A DNA stretch of 64,000 bases from Candidatus Aceula lacicola (GCA_030765785.1 JAVCCC010000044.1:1417-65416); one strand, 5' to 3'. Numbered from the stretch's first letter, positions 30,391-40,543 are shown. The notes: generated from the letters alone by a model not told the origin. Numbers and translations: made by a program.

Positions 30391-31833
30391 CTATTCCTTT
30401 ACTTTTTTATCAACAAGCTCGCCTTTATGATCAAACAAGCTTACGATCAAAGGCATTTTTCCCATGGCATGCGTTGCGCAAGAAAGACATGGGTCATATG
30501 CTCGAATAGCAACTTCAATATGATTGAGCAATCCTTCTGTGATCTCTGGCTTTCCGCTTAAGTGCTCTTCAGCTACTTTTTGAACAGCTGTATTCATTGG
30601 CGTATTATTATTTGTTGTTGAAACAATCAAATTCGCCATTGTCACCTGATCGTGCTCATCAACCTTATAGTGATGGAATAATGTTCCTCGAGGTGCTTCA
30701 ATAAGACCAACAGCTTCACCTCTGCGTTTACCAATTTTAACAAGATCTGTTCCCTGAAGATCAGGATCATTTAAAAGTTCTTTTATTTTTTCAATAGAAT
30801 GCAATGTTTCAATCATACGTGTCCAATGATAAGCCAGTGTCATATGATTTGGCTTACCGCCTGTAATTGCCATAAATTCTTGACGTTCTTTTTCAGCCAA
30901 AGGCGTATCAATAAAATCACAAATATTGACACGCGATAGAGGCCCAACACGGTACCATCCGTTTTCCGGACCAATAGACTTAATAAACGGAAACTTCATA
31001 TAAGACCAATCTTTGACTTCTTCAGCGATATAATCAAGATAATTCTTATAATTGACTTGATCAAAAATCTTATTACCATCTTTATCAACAGCTCTTAAGT
31101 TTCCATGATAAAGATCCATCGCTCCGTCTTCTCTAACAAGACCAAGATGATTAGAATCAAAAGTTCCAAACGATTTGGCAAGATCGACATTCTTTAACGT
31201 ATAATCTTTAGCAATATTAACTGCCCCAATCGACCATTCAACCATTTGATCAATATCTTTTAAGAGAAAATCTCTCTCTTCAATAGAAAGATTCTTGTTA
31301 ATGCCTCCAGGGATTGCGCCTGTTCCATGAATTTTCTTTCCAGCAGTCGCTTTAATAATTTCCTGACCATATTTTCTCATCATAACACCTTGAACAGCTA
31401 ACTCTGGAAATTTTCGAGCAACACCAATAACGTTCCTAATTGCTGGATCAGCATCAAATCCAAATAAAAGATCTGGAGAACAAAGATGAAAAAAATGAAG
31501 CGCGTGAGATTGAAACATTTGACCATAATGCATCAAGCGTCTCATTTTCTCAGCTGTTGGAGTCAGCTCATCAACGCCAGCAATGATATCCATCGCCTTA
31601 GCCGCTGCTAAATGATGGCTTACAGGACAAATACCACATAATCTCTGAACTAAAACGGGCACTTCCCAATAAGGCCTTCCAACAATAAAGCGTTCAAACC
31701 CTCGAAATTCTACAATATGAAGACGAGCCTGTTTGACATTATTTTGTTCATCTAATAAAAGTGACACTTTGCCATGACCTTCAACACGTGTCACTGGTTC
31801 AATGATGATCTTTTTTAAGTTATTATCGCTCAC
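30391..31833 (-). CDS. hoxH: Group 3d [NiFe]-hydrogenase large subunit
   Basis: TRVEGHG, L1 motif QRLCGICPVSH, EAPRG, L2 motif RAYDPCLSCATH plus a tail. GTG start. Confidence 0.95.
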   Translation of the reverse strand: MSDNNLKKIIIEPVTRVEGHGKVSLLLDEQNNVKQARLHIVEFRGFERFIVGRPYWEVPVLVQRLCGICPVSHHLAAAKAMDIIAGVDELTPTAEKMRRLMHYGQMFQSHALHFFHLCSPDLLFGFDADPAIRNVIGVARKFPELAVQGVMMRKYGQEIIKATAGKKIHGTGAIPGGINKNLSIEERDFLLKDIDQMVEWSIGAVNIAKDYTLKNVDLAKSFGTFDSNHLGLVREDGAMDLYHGNLRAVDKDGNKIFDQVNYKNYLDYIAEEVKDWSYMKFPFIKSIGPENGWYRVGPLSRVNICDFIDTPLAEKERQEFMAITGGKPNHMTLAYHWTRMIETLHSIEKIKELLNDPDLQGTDLVKIGKRRGEAVGLIEAPRGTLFHHYKVDEHDQVTMANLIVSTTNNNTPMNTAVQKVAEEHLSGKPEITEGLLNHIEVAIRAYDPCLSCATHAMGKMPLIVSLFDHKGELVDKKVKE

Positions 31834-31851
31834 GTTTAAACTCCTGTCTTA

Positions 31852-32397
31852 TTAATCGTATTTAATTAACTCGTATGGTAAATCCAATGGCTTGTTGTTT
31901 AAAAGTGCCACAAGCGCTTCCCAAATCGTATCCGCTGATGGCGGACAACCTGGAAGATAATAATCCATCTTAACAATTTCATGACAAGGATAAACCCTAT
32001 CTAAACATAAAGGAATTTCTTTATCTGATGGAATCTTTCCTGATGGATTGTAAACAGTTGGTCCATTCAAATAAGCTTCATCTAAACATTCTTTTAAAGG
32101 CATGCTATTCCGCATCGCAGGAAGTCCGCCACTGATCGCACAATCTCCAAGAGAAATTAAAATATCACAATTCTCACGAAAATACTTTAGATTATGAACA
32201 TTTTCTTCATTAGCGCATCCGCCTTCAATCAAACCTACAAGACATCGACCTGTAAATTTCTTAAGATCATCAATAGGAGACTTGTCAAAATCAACAAGTT
32301 CAATAAGTTTTAAGATGCGCTCATCAATATCTAAAATAGACATATGACACCCGAAACATCCCGCTAAAGAAGCTGTTGCGATTTTTGGTTTTGCCAT
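31852..32397 (-). CDS. hoxY: Hydrogenase small subunit (one FeS cluster)
   Basis: GCFGCHMS, LGDCAISGG, PGCPP; 181 aa. Confidence 0.94.
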   Translation of the reverse strand: MAKPKIATASLAGCFGCHMSILDIDERILKLIELVDFDKSPIDDLKKFTGRCLVGLIEGGCANEENVHNLKYFRENCDILISLGDCAISGGLPAMRNSMPLKECLDEAYLNGPTVYNPSGKIPSDKEIPLCLDRVYPCHEIVKMDYYLPGCPPSADTIWEALVALLNNKPLDLPYELIKYD

Positions 32398-32460
32398 TTT
32401 TAAATTCCTTTTAAAATTTTTTAACTAAATTATTTTTTTATCTTCTATTTTCAATCAAAA

Positions 32461-33168
32461 CTACGACTTAGCTTCAATATCAGAGCCAATCGGTTTTTCA
32501 TCATAAATTCTTTTTCCAACTGGAACTGCAAATCCAACTCTCTTTTTAATAATAGCTCCAACAGGACAAACATCAGCAGCCTTATCTGTGATAGCCATAT
32601 TCGTATCACCTAAATTTGCATCTGCATTAACAGCCACTTTTTTTTCGCTGCCACGCCCAACAAATTCAAAAACTGTCTTACCGTCAACATCACGTGAAGC
32701 ATTAACACAACGGCCACATAAAATACAACGGTTGCGGTCAATAAAAATATCAGGATGCGTTCCATCTAAATCTCTAGCTGGAAACAAATACGGAAACTTT
32801 GGAGCACAAATACTTAGCCGATAAGCTTCGGCCTGAAGTTCGCAATTACCACTCTTTTCACAAAACATGCAAAAATGATTTCCTTCAACGAATAACATAT
32901 CAACAATATCTCGTCGAATGCCTTCTATCTCCTCTGTCTTATTTTCAACCTCCGCACCGTCAACCGCTGGTTCTGTACAAGCCGTCTGACATCGTCCATT
33001 AACCTTAACAGTGCAAACTCGACAGCTCCCATGTGGTGTTAAATCTTTTAAATAACAAAGCCTTGGAATATAAACTCCAGCCTCATCAGCTGCTTGCATA
33101 ATCGTCTGACCAACTTTAGCTTTTATTTCAACTCCATCAATTTTAAATGTAATCATCTTTTCGCTCAT
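32461..33168 (-). CDS. hoxU: Diaphorase FeS subunit
   Basis: IPRLC, GSCRVC, HFCMFCEKSGNC, CILCGRC, VCPVG. ATG 33168 (MSEKM) preferred. Confidence 0.92.
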   Translation of the reverse strand: MSEKMITFKIDGVEIKAKVGQTIMQAADEAGVYIPRLCYLKDLTPHGSCRVCTVKVNGRCQTACTEPAVDGAEVENKTEEIEGIRRDIVDMLFVEGNHFCMFCEKSGNCELQAEAYRLSICAPKFPYLFPARDLDGTHPDIFIDRNRCILCGRCVNASRDVDGKTVFEFVGRGSEKKVAVNADANLGDTNMAITDKAADVCPVGAIIKKRVGFAVPVGKRIYDEKPIGSDIEAKS

Positions 33169-33184
33169 AATATTTCCTTTTTCT

Positions 33185-35002
33185 TTAGTCTGTATAAAGA
33201 ACTGATTTTCGTTCTGCCGCTTGTTCGGCATCACCTAAAGCAGCACGAATATCAAATGTTGGCTGCATACCATCTTCTGAAACTTTAACAAGAGCTTCAT
33301 AAAGAGGCTTAAAATTCTTCAAGGTCGTCAAAATAGGATTCGGAGATGTTTGTCCAAGTCCACAACGACTTGATTTTTTAACGCTTTCACCTAAAGATTG
33401 AAGATAATCTAAATCAGCTGGCTGACCATTGCCTTCCATAATTTCTTCTAATTTCTTTTTGAGTAATACATTGCCAACACGACAAGGCGTGCAATAGCCA
33501 CAACTTTCTTCAACAAAAAATTCCATATATTCATGAACAGCTTTTAACAAATCGCATTTTGGTCCAAAAACAATAATTGCACCACCCGTACCTAAATCGC
33601 TGAAACAAATAACACGAGAAAACTCATTTGGCGCAATAAACTGTCCTGATGGGCCAGCCACTAAAACGGCCTTGGCATCTTCCGCGCCAACCTCTTTTAA
33701 GAGATCAAAAACCTTTGTGCCAAATGGAACTTCATAAATGCCTGGATTCTTGCAGTATCCTGAAATACTTAAAACCTTTGTTCCAGAGCTTTCTCTTGAT
33801 CCAATAGACAAAAACCAATCAGAACCTTTTTCTAAAATACGAGTCGCAGAACAAAGTGTCTCAACGTTATTAACACTAGTGGGGGACGCTAAATATCCTT
33901 TTTGTGCAGGAAATGGAGGGCGTGTTTTTGGATCTCCTCTTAATCCTTCGCAAGAACTAATCAATGCACTTTCTTCTCCACAAATATAAGCGCCAGATCC
34001 TGACTGAATACGAATATCAAAATTAAATCCATCTTTTCCTTTAATACTATCTCCTAGAAGCCCTTGATCCCGTCTCTCTTGAAGCTTTGCTTCTAAAAAC
34101 TTTTTCAAATAAACATATTCACCTCTCAAATAAAGAATGCCCGTAGCTGCGCCAATCGCATAGCCCGCAATCGTCATTCCTTCAAAAAGAAGATCAAACT
34201 TTTCTGTTAAAAGAACTCTATCTTTAAATGTTCCAGGCTCCCCTTCATCAGCATTACAAATCACAAACTTTTCTTTTCCTTCAGCACTACGTGTAAATTG
34301 CCACTTTAAACCTGTGGGAAAACCTGCTCCCCCGCGACCACGTAATTTAGATACCTTAACAGCCTCAACAACTTCTTCTGGCTTTAATGCAAGAGCATTT
34401 TCCAAGCCTTTACCTGATTCATTATCCGTAAAAATAACATCGCCTGTTTTTAAAATATTATTTTTTACAGCAGACCGAACAAGACTATCAACATTATTTC
34501 CATCCCCAATACCTAAAGAAAGCTTTGATGGATCGGCATCTTTTTTTAAATTTTGTACAATTTCTTTTACTTTTTCCACCGTTAAACTAGGTGCAACAAC
34601 ATCATTAATCAAAGCAGCTGGAGCTTGATCACACATGCCGATACAAGGTGTATATTCAAGAGTAATTTTACCATCAGCTGTTGTTTCGCTAAACCCAATG
34701 CCAAGCTCAGAAGATAATGCTTCAGCAACTTTTTCGCACCCCTTCATGCGATCAACTGTATCATTGCAAAGTCTAATGACTGTCTTTCCCTTTTGCTCTT
34801 TTGAAAGAAAAGAATAAAAAGAAACAACACTTTCCACCTCAACATGATGCGATTTTGTTGCTTTGGCAATAATACTCATAGCTTCGCTGCTAACGCATCC
34901 AAGCTCTTTCTGCACGCCTTGCACAATATCCATCATACGAACGCGATCGTTGTTGCTAGATTGACAAATTTCTTGAATTTTCTGCTGTAATGAATCGCTC
35001 AT
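33185..35002 (-). CDS. hoxF: Diaphorase flavoprotein subunit (NuoE+NuoF-like fusion)
   Basis: N-terminal NuoE-like part (CIGMCDQAP), LRGRGGAGFPTG, NADEGEPGTFKDR, GAYICGEE, ESCGYCTPCRVG. Confidence 0.94.
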   Translation of the reverse strand: MSDSLQQKIQEICQSSNNDRVRMMDIVQGVQKELGCVSSEAMSIIAKATKSHHVEVESVVSFYSFLSKEQKGKTVIRLCNDTVDRMKGCEKVAEALSSELGIGFSETTADGKITLEYTPCIGMCDQAPAALINDVVAPSLTVEKVKEIVQNLKKDADPSKLSLGIGDGNNVDSLVRSAVKNNILKTGDVIFTDNESGKGLENALALKPEEVVEAVKVSKLRGRGGAGFPTGLKWQFTRSAEGKEKFVICNADEGEPGTFKDRVLLTEKFDLLFEGMTIAGYAIGAATGILYLRGEYVYLKKFLEAKLQERRDQGLLGDSIKGKDGFNFDIRIQSGSGAYICGEESALISSCEGLRGDPKTRPPFPAQKGYLASPTSVNNVETLCSATRILEKGSDWFLSIGSRESSGTKVLSISGYCKNPGIYEVPFGTKVFDLLKEVGAEDAKAVLVAGPSGQFIAPNEFSRVICFSDLGTGGAIIVFGPKCDLLKAVHEYMEFFVEESCGYCTPCRVGNVLLKKKLEEIMEGNGQPADLDYLQSLGESVKKSSRCGLGQTSPNPILTTLKNFKPLYEALVKVSEDGMQPTFDIRAALGDAEQAAERKSVLYTD

Positions 35003-35078
35003 AAGAATACCTTTATATTTAATATGGTTTAATATGTTATATGTCTCGTCGAAAAGTAAATGTTTTGTGTATTTTAAA

Positions 35079-35132
35079 TCGTGAAATTTGGAACAATTAA
35101 AAGTATTATACAGAATTCTTCTTTTTGTGCAA
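35079..35132 (-). promoter_or_regulatory. hox promoter with a putative Rex operator
   Basis: TTGCAC, 16 bp, TATAAT (35110-35105). 18-bp site TCGTGAA-ATTT-GGAACAA (35079-35096) resembles TTGTGAAn4TTCACAA. Confidence 0.6.
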
Positions 35133-35185
35133 GAAATAATTCTGAATTTATTCAGCGGTCAAAAAGATCTAAAATTAACGCTTCT

Positions 35186-35629
35186 TTAAGCTCCGTAGCC
35201 TGTTCCAGCAATAAAATTCTCGAGATCTCGAATCATAAAATTCTTGTGTGCAATAACAGCTTTAACAACATCTCCTATCGTAATAATTCCAAGAATCTTG
35301 TCGTTTTCCATAACAGGAAGATGACGAATATGTTTATCCGTCATAAGCGCCATGCACTCTTCAGTGCTTCGATTTGGGGCAATGCAAAAAACTTCTCTTG
35401 TCATCAACTCTTCAACAGGAGTATCTTTAGACTCTTTTCCCTCTAAAACAATTTTACGGGCGTAATCGCGTTCCGAAAAAATGCCAGCAAGCTTGTCCTT
35501 GTCTAAAACCAGCAAGGCTCCAACATTCTTTTCTGCCATAATTTTAAGAGCATCCAGCACCATGTCTTTCGGTGCAACAGACCAGATTTCTTTCCCTTTT
35601 TCTCCCAAAAGATGTCTAACTGTGCTCAT
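35186..35629 (-). CDS. CBS-pair protein
   Basis: NVGALLV, GIFSERDY, IRHLPV, GIITIGDVVK. Confidence 0.93.
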   Translation of the reverse strand: MSTVRHLLGEKGKEIWSVAPKDMVLDALKIMAEKNVGALLVLDKDKLAGIFSERDYARKIVLEGKESKDTPVEELMTREVFCIAPNRSTEECMALMTDKHIRHLPVMENDKILGIITIGDVVKAVIAHKNFMIRDLENFIAGTGYGA

Positions 35630-35640
35630 CTCCCCCTCCT

Positions 35641-35757
35641 TTAAATGAGCAGTTAAGTTATGGAGCCGCAGGCGACATAACTTAAAACTGCGAATTTATC
35701 CCGAATGTGCAGCGTGCCGAAATTAATACTATTCGATAATTTCACCTGCATGAAGAT
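35641..35757 (-). repeat. Structured leader element, copy 3 (upstream of the CBS gene)
   Basis: Sense strand GGGATAAATTCGCAG-TTTTAAGTTATG-TC-GCCtgcGGC-TC-CATAACTTAA-CTGCTCATTTAA-AGGAGG, preceded by a hairpin. Confidence 0.8.
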
Positions 35758-35784
35758 TATAAGTTTAAACAAAAACTGTGTCAA
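35756..35784 (-). promoter_or_regulatory. Consensus sigma70 promoter of the CBS gene
   Basis: TTGACA (35784-35779), 17 bp, TATAAT (35761-35756). Confidence 0.8.
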
Positions 35785-35825
35785 TTGATATATATTTAAA
35801 GGAAAGATAATAAAATACGAACTTA

Positions 35826-36506
35826 TTACTCTGTGATAAACTTCGCTTTTGCTCCAACATTCTGTTGACGCTTAGCTTTAAGCCATGAAACCCACTCATT
35901 CATGCCCTGGCCTTTTACGGAGGAAATGTGAAGGATTTCTAAATTGGAGTTGAGCTTTTTAATATCATTTGTGACACGCTCAAGATCAAAATCCAAAATA
36001 CCTAAAAGATCAACCTTGGTTAAAAGCACAAGATCAGCTGCTCTAAAAATGGTAGGATATTTTGCAACCTTATCATCCCCTTCTGGAATACTTAAAAGAA
36101 CTACTTTTACGTTTTCGCCAAGATCAAACTCCCCTGGGCAGACCATGTTGCCAACATTTTCAATAAAAACATAATCAGCTTCACTTATATTTAATCCCAA
36201 AAGGCTATCGGCAACTTGATTCGCATACAAATGACAACTCATGCCTGTGTTAATCTGTGCGACGTCAAGCGCATTAGGCACAAGCCTGTCAGCATCACGC
36301 GTGGTTTGAAGATCGCCTACTACAACTGTTGTTTTTTGTTCTGGCAAAAGCTCTGCAATTGTTTTTTCTAAGAGCGTCGTCTTCCCACTTCCGGGTGAAC
36401 TGATAAAATTAACAGCTAAAAGACCGGCGTCTCTAAAAATTTCTCGATTTTTATCTGCAATCATATCATTGTCTTTTAAAATTCTTTTTGCAACTGTAAC
36501 TTTCAT
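35826..36506 (-). CDS. hypB: Hydrogenase nickel-insertion GTPase
   Basis: SSPGSGKTTLL, SCHL, ENVGNMVCP, EGDDKVAKYP, TKVD. Confidence 0.96.
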   Translation of the reverse strand: MKVTVAKRILKDNDMIADKNREIFRDAGLLAVNFISSPGSGKTTLLEKTIAELLPEQKTTVVVGDLQTTRDADRLVPNALDVAQINTGMSCHLYANQVADSLLGLNISEADYVFIENVGNMVCPGEFDLGENVKVVLLSIPEGDDKVAKYPTIFRAADLVLLTKVDLLGILDFDLERVTNDIKKLNSNLEILHISSVKGQGMNEWVSWLKAKRQQNVGAKAKFITE

Positions 36507-36853
36507 TTAGATTCCTTACCTTGAATTGATTTTAAAATAATTTCATCTCCTTTTAAAACTTTAACATCTGCTTTCTGACATTCCGGACACAAAAAATCAT
36601 TCAATTGTGGCTCAAATTGTTTTTTACAAATATTACATTCTGACAAAGGAGCAATTTCTACAATCTTTAGCGTCGCATTCTGCGCAATTGTTTCTCTCCT
36701 CACCGCTAGGAACGCCTCTTGCATGACTTCTGGAATAACTTGCCTTAAAAAACCTGTCTCAACTTCAATCTCATCAATTTCCTTTAACCCATTAACTTTC
36801 GCTATCTCTAAAACCTGATCCATTAACCCAACAGCAATCGACATTTCATGCAT
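36503..36853 (-). CDS. hypA: Hydrogenase nickel metallochaperone
   Basis: MHEMS start, CNIC and CPEC. Confidence 0.96.
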   Translation of the reverse strand: MHEMSIAVGLMDQVLEIAKVNGLKEIDEIEVETGFLRQVIPEVMQEAFLAVRRETIAQNATLKIVEIAPLSECNICKKQFEPQLNDFLCPECQKADVKVLKGDEIILKSIQGKESK

Positions 36854-36861
36854 TTTATTTC

Positions 36862-37482
36862 CTATCTCTGGATATCACAAAAAAGTGACAAAAATTCAAT
36901 TGTAAAATCAATATCACGCACAACAATATTCTTCGGAACTACAATAGACATCGGACTAAAATTAACAATCCCTTTTAGGCCGGACAAAACAACAATATCT
37001 GCCACTTCCTGGCTAAATTCTTTAGGTACCGCAATGATGCCAATTTCGATTTTTGTTCTCTTAATAATCTTGGGTGCTTTATCAATCGAATAAATATTGA
37101 CGTCATTGATTTTCTTTCCAATTTTCTTTAAATCTTTGTCAAATGCAGCAATGATCTTAATGCGACCCTTATGAAAACCAGGATATTTTAAAATAGCAGA
37201 ACCTAAATTTCCAACTCCAAAAAGCGCTGCATATACAGAATCCTGCTGAAGCACAAATCCTTCTAAAATATCTCTAAGCTCAATCGTTTTATAACCAATA
37301 CGAGGTGTCCCTACTTTTCCAAATTTAGAAATATCTTTTCTAATTTGCACATCGCTAAACCCTGTCATTTTTGCAAGCTCGCCTGACGACACCAAATACC
37401 TGTTAGACTTAACCAATCCTTCAAGGGTGCGGATATAAAGAAGTGCACGTTCAATTGTTTTTTTTGATATTTTTTTAACCAT
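36862..37482 (-). CDS. rex: Redox-sensing repressor Rex
   Basis: VSSGELA, QIRKD, GxxRIGY, GVGNLG, IAVP, NFSP. Confidence 0.94.
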   Translation of the reverse strand: MVKKISKKTIERALLYIRTLEGLVKSNRYLVSSGELAKMTGFSDVQIRKDISKFGKVGTPRIGYKTIELRDILEGFVLQQDSVYAALFGVGNLGSAILKYPGFHKGRIKIIAAFDKDLKKIGKKINDVNIYSIDKAPKIIKRTKIEIGIIAVPKEFSQEVADIVVLSGLKGIVNFSPMSIVVPKNIVVRDIDFTIEFLSLFCDIQR

Positions 37483-37494
37483 TTGTCCTCAAAA

Positions 37495-37548
37495 TCATAA
37501 AATTTATAACAATAAACGCCATTATACTCTTTGACTTTACGAATTCAA
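37495..37548 (-). promoter_or_regulatory. rex-hypA-hypB promoter with a putative Rex operator
   Basis: TTGAAT, 16 bp, TATAAT (37526-37521). Site TCATAAA-ATTT-ATAACAA (37495-37512) has the same offset as the hox site. Confidence 0.55.
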
Positions 37549-37578
37549 GAAATAAATTATGCGTTTATAGGGAAATTT

Positions 37579-38292
37579 TTAGAGACCTAAGAATTTGATG
37601 GCATATCCACAAAAGAAAACAACGAGACCTGCTAATGCGTGGCTGTAGCGTTCAAAACGCTTAAATGGAACAAAGCTCATACCAAAAGTGCCCAAAAGAA
37701 CAACCCCAAGCATTGTTGAGATTGTCACAACGCTAAAAATGCTAGCAATAACAACCATAGAAAAAAAGCTGTGTTTAGCAGCTGGATACATCAAAAGAGG
37801 AATCAATGGCTCGCAAGGGCCCAAAACAAAAATAACAAACAAAGCCCAAGGAATCGGCTTTGCTAGAGAACTCTTTTCGTGAACATGAGCATGTTCCTGA
37901 CTATGTTTATGCGTATGATTATGAATCGATCCATCACTATGGACATGAGGATGAGTATGCGGTTTATTTTTAATAGCTTGTCGAATACCCCATACAAAAT
38001 AGACAAAACCAAAAGTAATCAATGCCCAGCCAGCCCATTCTCCTCTAATAGACTCAAAAATTTCAAGCTTTAATACGGCAAGTCCCAGGCTTGCGCCAAT
38101 TAATCCTAAAATAACTGAACTTCCAACATGTCCAATGCCACAACCTAACGTAATCAAAATGGTTTTAAGATAAGACCATTTTCTTGCCTTAGCCATCACA
38201 ATAAACGGAACATAGTGATCTGGGCCAAAAAGGGTATGAAAAAACCCAATAGAAGCAGCCGTAATGCTTAGAATAATTGTTTCGTTAGACAT
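37579..38292 (-). CDS. Nickel/cobalt transporter (RcnA/UreH-like)
   Basis: HTLFGPDHY, His-rich loop HTHPHVHSDGSIHNHTHKH, GPCEPLIP; adjacent to hyp genes. Confidence 0.85.
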   Translation of the reverse strand: MSNETIILSITAASIGFFHTLFGPDHYVPFIVMAKARKWSYLKTILITLGCGIGHVGSSVILGLIGASLGLAVLKLEIFESIRGEWAGWALITFGFVYFVWGIRQAIKNKPHTHPHVHSDGSIHNHTHKHSQEHAHVHEKSSLAKPIPWALFVIFVLGPCEPLIPLLMYPAAKHSFFSMVVIASIFSVVTISTMLGVVLLGTFGMSFVPFKRFERYSHALAGLVVFFCGYAIKFLGL

Positions 38293-38298
38293 TGTTTC

Positions 38299-40407
38299 CT
38301 ACAGAATAATACGTGCGTCAACAGCAAAGCTGCCATCTTTATTAGTAATTAAAGGATTGATATCAATCTCTTTAACTAATGGTGCTAAGCGTTGAATTGA
38401 ATATAACGTTTGAATAATAGACGGCTTATGCGCCTCAACACCTCTAAATCCATCTAAAATTTTCTTTGCCTTGATATCATTTAAAAGCCGCCCCGCCTCC
38501 ATTTTTCCAAACGGTACGATACGAAAAGACACGTCTTTTAAAGCCTCAACAAAAACTCCGCCAAGACCAAACATAACAACAGGACCAAACTGAAGATCGT
38601 TGCTCATACCAACAATGCACTCAAGACCTTTAACCATCTGAATAAGATTAACCCCTAAGATATTCGCATCCGGTATCGCAGCTGACACATTATTCATCAT
38701 CTTATCAAACTTTTCTTTAAGCTGTTGTTCGTTTTGAATGTTGACCACAACGCCACCAACATCCGATTTATGAATAATCTCAGGAGATGTAATTTTCATA
38801 GCCAATGGATACATATCCTTCGCTTGAGTTACTGCCTCGTCAATATTACGCGCAAATCCCCATTTTGGCGTCGGAACCCCACAAAGCTCTAGAACTTTTC
38901 TCGCTTCATGTTCTAACAATATACTTCGTCCGACACTCTTAATTTTCTCAATCATGTCCACTACTTCTTGCGGTGCTGGATCAATTTTTGGTATTTCTTT
39001 TTTACGTCCTGAAATTTCTTGCCATTTATAAAGCGCTCTTAAAGAAGAAACGGCATCACTTACCTCGCTAAAAGCTGGAATATGATGATCATTTAAATAA
39101 TGAAGCGCTTCTGTCGTACGAGCACCACCAACCATTGAAACAACAACAGGTTTATTACGATTTACTTTTTTATATTCGTCAACAATAGTCTTAGCAATAT
39201 CAATTGGATTAGTTACCGCTGTTTCGCAATAAAGAATAATTACAGATTTAATTCTGTCTTCAGTCAAAGCAATTTTTGTTGACTCTTCATAACCTTTCAC
39301 TCCGCTTCCACCAGTAATATCAATCGGATTTTTTGTACTTCCAAAATCAGGCATAGTTTTTCGAAACTTCTCTTCTAGCCACCTAGAATCATCAACTAAC
39401 TTAATGCCTTCGGTTTCACACTCATCTGTTGTCGCAACGCCAATGCCTCCACCATTTGTAATAATCACAGTTTCATCCCCCTTAGGCAAAGGAAGCGAAA
39501 ATGCACGCGCCCAATCAAATGCTTGCGTAAATGTTTTAGCGCGCAAAAGACCCAATTGCTTAAAAACACCTTCATAAATTTTATCTGATCCGGATAGTGA
39601 CCCAGTATGAGATGCTGCTGCTTTAGCACCCCTGGTCGAAGATCCAACTTTCAAAATCACAACTGGCTTCTTAATTTCTGTTTCGAGAAACTTTCTTCCC
39701 TCTTTAATACCTTCCATATAAATCAAAATCGCATCCACATTGTCATCATTATTAAAATATTCAATCAAATCTTTCTCATCGATATCTGCTTTATTGCCAA
39801 GATTAACTAAAGAAGCAAGCCCAATCTTCTCCATAGCTGTCCACCCCATAAGAGAAATAGCAAGCGCTCCACTCTGAGAAATAAAAGCAATCTTTCCAGG
39901 ACGAATATCCGAAGGCCCGAAACTTGCGTTTAACTTTGATGGCGTGTAAACATATCCAAACATATTTGGCCCTAAAAGTGCAATATTATTTTTATCGGCA
40001 ACCTTTTTTAAACGTTCCTCATCTTCAATATTTCCAACTTCACCAAAACCAGAAGTGATAACCGCAACCCCTTTAACACCCTTACGTGCACATCCTTCCA
40101 AAGTTTGGATGACTAGCGGTGCGGGAATTGAAATAATCGCAACATCGACATCCCCCGGAATTTCTTCAACCATTTTATATGCTTTCTTGCCCAAAACCTC
40201 ATCGTCATGAGGATTGACTGGATAAATTTCTCCTTCATACCCACAATCAATAATATTCTTTAAAATTTGATAGCCAACTTTTCCTGGCTTGGAAGAAGCT
40301 CCTACAATGGCTACGCCACGAGGTTTAAAAATAGCATTGAGATCTTTTTTATGATTTTGATCTTCTGGTTCTTTTTTATTAAGACGAAACAAATCGCTAA
40401 TCGACAT
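38299..40407 (-). CDS. Acetate--CoA ligase (ADP-forming), fused alpha/beta
   Basis: AIVGAS, ISQSGA, phospho-His AASHTGSL, ITNGGG, NPID, ATP-grasp HKSDVGGV and EIDINPL. Confidence 0.92.
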   Translation of the reverse strand: MSISDLFRLNKKEPEDQNHKKDLNAIFKPRGVAIVGASSKPGKVGYQILKNIIDCGYEGEIYPVNPHDDEVLGKKAYKMVEEIPGDVDVAIISIPAPLVIQTLEGCARKGVKGVAVITSGFGEVGNIEDEERLKKVADKNNIALLGPNMFGYVYTPSKLNASFGPSDIRPGKIAFISQSGALAISLMGWTAMEKIGLASLVNLGNKADIDEKDLIEYFNNDDNVDAILIYMEGIKEGRKFLETEIKKPVVILKVGSSTRGAKAAASHTGSLSGSDKIYEGVFKQLGLLRAKTFTQAFDWARAFSLPLPKGDETVIITNGGGIGVATTDECETEGIKLVDDSRWLEEKFRKTMPDFGSTKNPIDITGGSGVKGYEESTKIALTEDRIKSVIILYCETAVTNPIDIAKTIVDEYKKVNRNKPVVVSMVGGARTTEALHYLNDHHIPAFSEVSDAVSSLRALYKWQEISGRKKEIPKIDPAPQEVVDMIEKIKSVGRSILLEHEARKVLELCGVPTPKWGFARNIDEAVTQAKDMYPLAMKITSPEIIHKSDVGGVVVNIQNEQQLKEKFDKMMNNVSAAIPDANILGVNLIQMVKGLECIVGMSNDLQFGPVVMFGLGGVFVEALKDVSFRIVPFGKMEAGRLLNDIKAKKILDGFRGVEAHKPSIIQTLYSIQRLAPLVKEIDINPLITNKDGSFAVDARIIL

Positions 40408-40543
40408 AAGATGCCTTCTTTCTTAGAAAATAATATAAAGTTAATGATAATGACTTATAAGAAATGAACGAAGTTATTATAACAAATAATTGCTATTTTT
40501 CAATAGCCGTTTTATAGTCAATTATATTGTTATTTTACGGATA

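Noticed and set aside
33169-33234. Longer hoxU start
   Set aside because: It overlaps hoxF; SD AAAGGA supports ATG 33168.
40465-40505. Possible Rex site upstream of the acetate-CoA ligase
   Set aside because: Only a half-site, better explained as an extended -10 (TGTTATAAT).
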